A stretch of 63,688 nucleotides of DNA, filler included, from Basidiobolus meristosporus CBS 931.73 (Eukaryota; Fungi; Basidiobolomycota): assembly GCA_002104905.1 (NCBI GenBank). It is 3 parts of 3 records of this genome, joined end to end, with 100 filler letters (N's around TTAATTAATTAA, not from the genome) between each part and the next. Parts side by side here need not be neighbours in the genome. Positions count along the whole stretch, not along the records: positions 30,677 to 56,504 come from MCFE01000923.1; positions 56,605 to 63,688 come from MCFE01001358.1; 1 more part is not named here. One strand, written 5' to 3'. Shown one piece after another: positions 50,033 through 57,593 of this stretch; within the stretch, counting starts at the first letter, position 1, and the number at the start of each line of letters is the position of its first letter. Both the position numbers and the translations under genes were made by a program. Below the pieces are notes generated by a model. That model had not been told where the DNA came from. It was given only the letters and a program-made list of their open reading frames with translations, and made no database searches.

Positions 50033-50489
50033 AGGTGGGGGGGAGACAGTCACCAACAGGTGAAATCTTTATTTCAGTAGAAACAAAGAAGCCAGCGCTT
50101 CTGTTGTAGCTTTGATACAAGAGTGTGTAGCTGAGGGGAATTTGTAGGTAAGTTGATAAGAAGTGATGATAGTAATTCAGTGCTCAAGACACTGTTCAGT
50201 GGGAAGGGGGGTAGCAAGAGAGGCAAGAATGACTTGTGAACAACATTAATGAGGGGAATGTGATAAGGATTGATATTCATCATAAAGGGAGTGTGCTGCT
50301 GCAGATAGGGGGGGAGACAGTCACCAACAGGTGAAATCTTTATTTCAGTTGAAACAAAGAAGCCAGTGCTACTGTTGTAGCTTTGATACAAGAGTGTGTA
50401 GCTGAGGGGAATTTGTAGGTAAGTTAATAAGAAGTGATGATAGTTCTTCAGTGCTCAAGACACTGTTCAGTGGGAATGGGGGTAGCAAG
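50033..50489 (-). mobile_element. Two tandem 5'-truncated family A copies (A1 50033-50305, A2 50306-50489)
   Basis: Each begins TAG(G)n-AGACAGTCACCAACAGGTGA and matches the A5 3' region. Confidence 0.92.
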
Positions 50490-50921
50490 GGTTAGGGGGG
50501 ATGATCATCACCAAAGGGTGAAATCTTGATTTAAATAATAAATAAAGAAGCCAAGTTTGAATATGAATATCTGAGATGCAGGAAGCCTATAAGATAAACT
50601 TTGACTTTGCTGTATCCCAAATATCCTCAATATCAAAGTCTAGAGGAGAGTGTAGCAAGACTGCTTGTTAACTGTAGTATTTCTTGAGGAAGTTTGTGAC
50701 TTGAAGGGAAGGAGAGTTTTTCAACAAGCTAGTAAATCTTTTGAGGAGTTCTTTTTCAGAGAGAATGGCACAAAGAGTGGAATGTCCAAATGATGTCTGA
50801 ATATATGTTCTGAGAGCTCCCAATCCAGCATATTTTTGACTTCTTCTGTAAAATCTTCAACAATATCTTTGTCAAGAATAACTTCCAAGAGATCCCTGGC
50901 AATGTACTGAATGTTAATAAT
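50490..50921 (-). mobile_element. Family C telomeric retroelement, ORF1-only, 5'-truncated
   Basis: GTTAGGGGGG-ATGATCATCACC-AAAG-GGTGAAATCTTGATTT; minus frame IINI..LLEVILDKDIVEDF..W and, after a 1-nt slip, LLKRFTSLLKNSPSLQVTNFLKKYYS*, aligning with D and A ORF1. Confidence 0.8.
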
Positions 50922-51573
50922 TTAGGGGGGAGACAGTCACCAACAGGTGAAATCTTTATTTCAGTTGAAACAAAGAAGCCAGCACTACTGTTGTAGCTTT
51001 GATACAAGAGTGAGGTAGGGTTAGGGCTCAGGTTAGGGTTAGGGGGGAGACAGTCACCAACAGGTGAAATCTTTATTTCAGTTGAAACAAAGAAGCCAGC
51101 GCTACTGTTGTAGCTTTGATACAAGAGTGTGTAGCTGAGGGGAATTTGTAGGTAAGTTAATAAGAAGTGATGATAGTTCTTCAGTGCTCAAGACACTGTT
51201 CAGTGGGAAGGGGGGTAGCAAGAGAGGTAAGAATGACTTGTGAACAACATTAATGAGGGGAATGTGATAAGGATTGATATTCATCATAAAGGGAGTGTGC
51301 TGCTGCAGATATTGCTGCCAAAGGTCTGTCAAGTACTTCAGGTAGGCCAGCTTGGGTTTTTCTGACTGCAGAATATAGTGAGCAAACTTCTTGACTTCAG
51401 GATCTCCAAGTATAGTTCTCCAGCAGGAGCCAGGTGTTGTGTGGTGTGTTCTCTTCCAGGCCTTAATCAGTGGGTTGTTGCAGTGGTGAAGTCTGAGGTA
51501 TAATCTGGTTCTAAGGTAGAGAAGTCTGATCTTATAGGGCATAAACCCAAAAGCACCAAGAATAGCATGTCTG
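50922..51573 (-). mobile_element. Two more truncated family A copies (A3 50922-51012, A4 51040-51573) with variant telomere repeats between
   Basis: Same 3' module; spacer AGGTAGGGTTAGGGCTCAGGTTAGGG. Confidence 0.9.
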
Positions 51574-52629
51574 TTAGGGGGAGGAAAGTCACCAAGTGGT
51601 GAAATCTTTATTTACTTATGACAAGTATCTAAAGAAGCCAAGTTAATCTGAAGTAATTCCTAGAAAGCTAGGTCTGAGAGATATCTTCCTGGTAAGCCAG
51701 GTCTGAGAGTTGAGAAGCTGAGTGGTACTATATTTCCTAGTTAGCTAGGTCTGAGAGAGGTTTCCTGGAAAGCCAGGCCTGAGAAGTGAGAATCTGAATA
51801 TATCTGAGCTAAGTTTTACTGGTTTGCGGTAGCTGAATTGTGGCCGGAATGGCCAGTAGACTAGGGGAACTGAGATGAATTTCTGGGCGATCACTGGCCA
51901 AATTTACTAGGCAAATCTGACCAATTAGCATTTCAAGGATTTCAGCCAATCAGAGCCTTTACTTTGCCCGATGGTTGATCAAGCCATCTCCCAATGAGCA
52001 CACATCAATTTATTGATCAAATTTTGCTGGATCCAGGATTTGAACCCACAACCATGGGTATGGAAGGGTTAGGGATAACCACAAGGCTAAGTGTTCTTGG
52101 TTAGGGGGGGGAGGAAAGTCACCAAGTGGTGAAATCTTTATTTACTTATGACAAGTATTAAAGAAGCCAAGTTAATCTGAAGTAATTCCTAGAAAGCTAG
52201 GTCTGAGAGATATCTTCCTGGTAAGCCAGGTCTGAGGGTTGAGAAGCTGAGTGGTACTATATTTCCTAGTTAGCTAGGCCTGAGTGAGGTTTCCTGGAAA
52301 GCCAGGCCTGAGAGGTGAGAATCTGAATATATCTGAGCTAAGTTATACTGGTTTGCGGTAGCTGAATTGTGGCCGGAATGGCCAGTAGACTGGGGGAACT
52401 GAGATGAATTTCTGGGCGATCACTGGCCAAATTTACTAGGCAAATCTGACCAATTAGCATTTCAAGGATTTCAGCCAATCAGAGCCTTTACTTTGCCCGA
52501 TGGTTGATCAAGCCATCTCCCAATGAGCACACATCAATTTATTGATCAAATTTTGCTGGATCCAGGATTTGAACCCACAACCATGGGTATGGAAGGGTTA
52601 GGGATAACCACAAGGCTAAGTGTTCTTGG
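51574..52629 (-). mobile_element. Two tandem full-length family B tRNA-derived SINEs (B1 51574-52100, B2 52101-52629)
   Basis: Near-identical ~529-bp units; minus-strand head GAACACT-TAGCCTTGTGG (A box) .. GGTTCAAATCC (B box); shared 3' module; no long ORF. Confidence 0.88.
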
Positions 52630-52693
52630 TTAGGGGGGGAGACAGTCACCAACAGGTGAAATCTTTATTTCAGTTGAAACAAAGAAGCCAGCG

Positions 52694-54748
52694 CTACTGT
52701 TGTAGCTTTGATACAAGAGTGTGTAGCTGAGGGGAATTTGTAGGTAAGTTAATAAGAAGTGATGATAGTTCTTCAGTGCTCAAGACACTGTTGAGTGGGA
52801 AGGGGGGTAGCAAGAGAGGTAAGAATGACTTGTGAACAACATTAATGAGGGGAATGTGATAAGGATTGATATTCATCATAAAGGGAGTGTGCTGCTGCAG
52901 ATATTGCTGCCAAAGGTCTGTCAAGTACTTCAGGTAGGCCAGCTTGGGTTTTTCTGACTGCAGAATAAATGCAGCAAACTTCTTGACTTCAGGATCTCCA
53001 AGTATAGTTCTCCAGCAGGAGCCAGGTGTTGTGTGGTGTGTTCTCTTCCAGGCCTTAATCAGTGGGTTATTGCAGTTGTGAAGTCTGAGGTATAATCTGG
53101 TTCTAAGGTAGAGAAGTCTGATCTTATAGGGCATAAACCCAAAAGCACCAAGAATAGCATGTCTGTAGGGGCATTCAGGCAAATGAGGCACCAAGGAGGT
53201 AATGCACCATACTGCAAACTTGTCAAGCTTAGTGCAGTCTCTAGAAGTAAGAGAGAGAAGTGGTAAGCCAAATTCCAGGACAGGGAAGACAAACTGCTTG
53301 AGTAGAAGGAGGCAGCTGGGAGCTGAAGTTGTAGGAGGAGTAACAGCCAGTAGCTTGTGGAGTGCCTGTCTTGCCAGGATAATTCTCTTCTTCAGGTGTG
53401 CTCCAGAGTCTAGTCCAGTAGGAAGGAAAGGAAAGCCAAGATATGTAGCAGAAACCTGAGCAGGTAGAGTGGAGTTCTCCAAGTTGATGGGAGAGCCCAA
53501 AGGTACTGTCTTTGCAATGGAAAGCTGGAGATTATTCTTCTGCAGATACTGGTGGATGGTCTGGGAGTCTTGTTGCACATTGGAGGAGGATATTCTGATG
53601 TCATCAGCAAAGAGAGTAACCAGGCAGTCAGCTGAGAGTCTTGGGAAATCATTCAGGAAGATGGCAAACAGTATAGGACCAAGCACAGAGCCTTGAACCA
53701 CTCCATTAGGAACTGAGAACACAGCTGATTGCTCACTTGGGTGCAGAATTCTTGCTTGTGGATCCACAAACAGAGACCTGACAAGGAGGGTGAGAGAGGT
53801 ACTGGAGAAGCATTGCAACTTGGACCAAAGCAGATTTCTGTCAACTGAATCAAAGGCCTTAGTAATATCAAACAGAACAGAGGGATACTTGCACTGGAGA
53901 GAGTGATCTTGGCTAAGTATGACTGCATATTCCAAGGAGAGGCCAGGAACAAAGCCAAACTGTGCAGGATGAAACTTGAGGGAGTCAGAGTAGAGCTCCT
54001 GAGCAAGCAGAAGCTCAAACACCTTTCTGCAGGTGGGCAGCAGAGATATTGGCCTGTAGGAGCTAGGATCCAGGTGCTTTCCTTTACCCTTGTACAGTGG
54101 CAGAACATTTGCAAAGGACCATTCCTCAGGAGTAGAAAGCTGGGCTGAGCATTGCTGAAACAGTGGAAGCAGAAGTGCAGACATGGCCTTGGTACTAGTC
54201 TTCAGAAGCTCATAAGAGATTGTGTCCACACCTGGAGCAGTAGAGTTGGGAAGCCTCTTGAGCACATTATGGATTCTCCTTTGATCAAGTGCAAGTGGGA
54301 TGGGCAGAGTCTTGAAGTCAGGATGAAAGCCAGGAGTTGAGTACTGCTTTGTAGAGAAGAAGATGTTAGCCAGCTGTTCTGTTGAAGGTAACTTCCTGGA
54401 AGAGGGCCTCATTGCCCTGTAGAGTCTTGATACTGTTCTTGTTATAGAGTTGGAAGATTGCAGAGGCAAGGAACTCATAATATGATCCCAGAGCTGAGTA
54501 TGCAGAGTGTGGTGAATTGCCTTGGAGTGGTGCATTGCTGTCAGGAGGAGTTTCTCTGTTTTTGGGTTAGGGAAACTCAGGTAGCTTTGTTGCAGGGCTG
54601 AAACAATGGATTCCCATTTTCTTGAGGTAACAGCAGTAGTCTTGCATGGCAGTGAGAGGGAGGCAGACACCAGAATCAGATGCTTCACAAAGAGCCAGGC
54701 ATAGTTGAGATCATCTGGCAGAGAAAGTAGCAAACTGGCAAGCTTCAA
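52694..54748 (-). CDS. Non-LTR reverse transcriptase (C-terminal part of ORF2)
   Basis: APGVDTI, YRPISLL, QFGFVPG, FDITKAFD, GVVQGSVLGP, LFADD, YLGFP; open for 684 codons. Confidence 0.95.
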   Translation of the reverse strand: MKLASLLLSLPDDLNYAWLFVKHLILVSASLSLPCKTTAVTSRKWESIVSALQQSYLSFPNPKTEKLLLTAMHHSKAIHHTLHTQLWDHIMSSLPLQSSNSITRTVSRLYRAMRPSSRKLPSTEQLANIFFSTKQYSTPGFHPDFKTLPIPLALDQRRIHNVLKRLPNSTAPGVDTISYELLKTSTKAMSALLLPLFQQCSAQLSTPEEWSFANVLPLYKGKGKHLDPSSYRPISLLPTCRKVFELLLAQELYSDSLKFHPAQFGFVPGLSLEYAVILSQDHSLQCKYPSVLFDITKAFDSVDRNLLWSKLQCFSSTSLTLLVRSLFVDPQARILHPSEQSAVFSVPNGVVQGSVLGPILFAIFLNDFPRLSADCLVTLFADDIRISSSNVQQDSQTIHQYLQKNNLQLSIAKTVPLGSPINLENSTLPAQVSATYLGFPFLPTGLDSGAHLKKRIILARQALHKLLAVTPPTTSAPSCLLLLKQFVFPVLEFGLPLLSLTSRDCTKLDKFAVWCITSLVPHLPECPYRHAILGAFGFMPYKIRLLYLRTRLYLRLHNCNNPLIKAWKRTHHTTPGSCWRTILGDPEVKKFAAFILQSEKPKLAYLKYLTDLWQQYLQQHTPFMMNINPYHIPLINVVHKSFLPLLLPPFPLNSVLSTEELSSLLINLPTNSPQLHTLVSKLQQ

Positions 54749-55465
54749 GTAGTTCCCAAAGTCATTTCTTCTGATTCTTGGTAGCTTTGTGGGTGAGCAC
54801 AGTAAGTTTTGGCAGCTTCTTCTTCACAACTGGTTGCATAGAAAGGGACCAGGCTGGGATGGTCAGAGGCTCTCAAGGATCCTAGCTCAGCTCCAGAGAA
54901 TTGCTTAACTTCATTCCACAAAGTAGAGGGCAGCAGCAGAAGGGCAGATCCAGTCAACACATCTTTTCTCAGATTGAGCACCTAGTGCTAGCAGATGGCT
55001 TTCTCTCAGGAAGTTCAGTAGGAATGTAGACCTTGGCTTCATTCTTGCAGTCAGAGTAGTCTTGTTCTCAGGATGGGGAATGTTGAGATCTCCAAGCAAG
55101 ATAACAGGTGTTGATATAGATTGTTGGTATTGCTGAACCTTCTGGCATATAACTTGCACTTCCTGAAGGGCTAGACTTGGAGGCAGATAGCAGAGCACCA
55201 GACTGATAGTTGGCAACTGGAGAGCAGCACAGTAAGGGGAGTAAAGAGGAACACAGAGCTGAGGAGTATTGATGGTAGAAGAGATGAAGCAGATAGAGGA
55301 GGTATTCTTTGTTCTAGGAGTAGAAAAGCAATATAGATTAGTCAAAAGTATAGAGGGTAGCTGGACATCAATCAAACACAGGAGGGAAAATCTTGAAAGA
55401 AGTCTCTCTAGAGTTGGTCTTGATGGCTGTATGCTGTTGCAGTTAAGCAACAGAACTTCAGGTAG
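54745..55465 (-). CDS. APE-type endonuclease domain (N-terminal ORF2), two apparent frameshifts
   Basis: LLNCNSI, YLPP, LLGDLN, VDWI in one frame; SDHP in another; RT returns to the first frame. Confidence 0.75.
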
Positions 55466-56230
55466 TCAGGCAGAGGTTGTAGCTTCTTCAGAGGCAGCAT
55501 TGATAATGTGACCTGCAGAGTCCCAGAGCTCTTCAAATGGTGCATCACTTAAGTCAGCAAGGAGGGAAATGGCATGATTCTTGAGGAAGTATGCCACATC
55601 ATAGGAGGGGGCTTGTCTCTTGATGGCAGCAAAGAAAGACAGAATGGCAACATGGGCTGGAGGCTTGTTGAACAGTAGAGAGTCAGAGGATTCAGATTCT
55701 TCAGGCACTATCTTGAAGTCAGTTTTCAGCCAGTTAAGGTTCTTCTCCACAAAGGTAACAAATGGGTCAGCAATGTTTTGGTCTAGGATAACCTCCAGAA
55801 TCTTCCCTTTTCTCCAGGCCAGGTTGACAATTCTTGAGAGCTGAATATTGCATGCCTTGAGTGCTTTCCTGATGTTGGAAATGGGAGTCCAGGGAACTTG
55901 CTTCAAGTACACCACAGTCCAGGTAGAAGCTGGTGGTAGGTTTGCTGGGGGCTTGTAAGTCCTTCTGTGTTGCAATGGAGCTGCAGTAGTCAGATTGGAG
56001 TCCACATTCTCAGTAGAAGGTTTTCTTGATGTGTCTTGCTGAATAGTACTGGAGCTGGATGTGCTGATAATTCTTGCTAGAACCTTGCCTGCATAAGTCT
56101 GAGGTATAGCTGAGGTGACTGTAGAGGTGGTGGCAGCTGGTGCAGGTGGAGAGGCAGAGACTAAAGCAGGAACTGAGGTCACCTGGGAGAAGGCAGTGGA
56201 AGCAGGTTTTCTGGGAGGAACAGAGTTCAC
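55466..56230 (-). CDS. ORF1 of family A, 254 aa
   Basis: S/T/P-rich N-half; C-half conserved with the family C and D ORFs; ends in TGA in frame with ORF2. Confidence 0.85.
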   Translation of the reverse strand: MNSVPPRKPASTAFSQVTSVPALVSASPPAPAATTSTVTSAIPQTYAGKVLARIISTSSSSTIQQDTSRKPSTENVDSNLTTAAPLQHRRTYKPPANLPPASTWTVVYLKQVPWTPISNIRKALKACNIQLSRIVNLAWRKGKILEVILDQNIADPFVTFVEKNLNWLKTDFKIVPEESESSDSLLFNKPPAHVAILSFFAAIKRQAPSYDVAYFLKNHAISLLADLSDAPFEELWDSAGHIINAASEEATTSA

Positions 56231-56360
56231 TATCCAGTTGTTCTGTAAAACACTGGAGTAGCTTTTCTGTGGAACAGGATCTTGCTCTTGAACAGGAACA
56301 GAAGCAGGAGGCTGGGGCTGAGCAGTAGTGGTAAGGCAGTGGCTAGGCTTCAGGATAGGG

Positions 56361-56504
56361 TTAGGTTAGGGTTAGGGTTAGGGTTAGGGTTAGGGTTAGG
56401 GTTAGGGTTAGGGTTAGGGTTAGGGTTAGGGTTAGGGTTAGGGTTAGGGTTAGGGTTAGGGTTAGGGTTAGGGTTAGGGTTAGGGTTAGGGTTAGGGTTA
56501 GGTT
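56361..56504 (+). repeat. Telomere (TTAGGG)n, end of contig 2
   Basis: About 23 repeats, preceded by variant units. Confidence 0.98.
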
Positions 56505-56604
56505 NNNNNNNNNNNNNNNNNNNNNNNNNNNNNNNNNNNNNNNNNNNNTTAATTAATTAANNNNNNNNNNNNNNNNNNNNNNNNNNNNNNNNNNNNNNNN
56601 NNNN
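56505..56604. other. Artificial contig spacer
   Basis: N-run, TTAATTAATTAA, N-run. Confidence 0.98.
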
Positions 56605-57593
56605 AGGGGGTGACCAGGTTAGGTCAGGTCAGGTCGCGTATGGTTTGGTATGGTTGGTTTCGAGGAGAATACTACGCTCACGCGGTCACTTACCAGGCTC
56701 CCACTGCGGCCGCATAGAAACTCCAAATGATCTTCCCGGTGCCTTGAGAATTCCTCGCGGTCAAGAAGAACTCGGCGTCCTTGTTGCGTTCCTGCATTTT
56801 CCGACTCCATACGAGGCAAATAGCCCGAAGCCTACGCAGACGGCGATGCTCGCCGCGTAGGAGCGGTCTGTAGGGTGGACATGCTGGTTGGTGTCGCGGG
56901 CAGCTGGCGGGGACGTATTTATCCAGGCGTGGCAGCCGGGTTCAGGGTTTTTTTTTCATCGCCGCCAGATCAGTGCGTCTTCCCAAAATAAACCTTATTC
57001 CCATCTGGCATGAGGGAAGAGTTTGCGGATCGGTTAAGGTATAGGCATTCCCCATTCCAGGCCAATTTGGGAGACTGGCCCGAAATGACCCTGTTTGCCA
57101 ACGTAAATTAAACCAAATCTCACTTAAGGATATTTCCTCATGATCCGTGGGGCCACTCATTGGCTGCATTCGAAAAATTTATCCAGTGTGACTTCTGTAC
57201 CAATCAATTCCATTTTTGGTAAACGACTGGCTTTGAACCGGCATGCGGTCGAATAGGCTATCAGTGACGCGGGAGAGATAAGTGGGTGATGGAGGGCATT
57301 CTCACCCGGTGGTGTCTAGATGGTGAACAGGTTGGTGTTGCGTGCAGTTCGGATCCATTCCTACCGGCGTATATAACCGGCATTGGTGTCGGACACCTGG
57401 GTGGCTTGCATTCTAGTTCTTCCTTCCCTTGATCCCCTCAGCTTGCCTTTGCTTTCCCCTCCCACCTACCCTTTACCCTGTTTACCAAAGGTAACCCGGC
57501 CCACGCACCACTGCCCAACTAACCGATATCTTGCTGGTCGCTAAATAGAGATATCTCCACCCGAGCCCCATCCAGGTTGAGTATTCGTTTGTT

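Larger units (their letters stand above)
43906..50035 (-). mobile_element. Ty3/Gypsy LTR retrotransposon, degenerate; 5' LTR cut to about 16 bp
   Basis: PBS 49998-50015 (TGGCACCCAATGTGGGGG, tRNA-Lys-like); polypurine tract 44987-45000; 3' LTR about 43906-44986 (left boundary from a 15/17 match to the 5' remnant). Confidence 0.88.
52630..56360 (-). mobile_element. Family A: near full-length autonomous telomeric non-LTR retrotransposon, about 3.7 kb
   Basis: ORF1, APE-like endonuclease, RT; 5' end grades into telomere through variant repeats; 3' end is oligo-C plus TAACC, no poly(A). Confidence 0.93.

Noticed and set aside
50033-52690. Repeated ~35-bp motif with variable spacing, superficially CRISPR-like
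   Set aside because: The spacers are nested 5'-truncated pieces of the same retroelements; eukaryotic context, no cas genes
56605-56660. GGTTAGGTCAGGTCAGGTC at the start of contig 3, resembling degenerate telomere
   Set aside because: G-rich strand at a left end is the wrong polarity for a telomere, and it is too short
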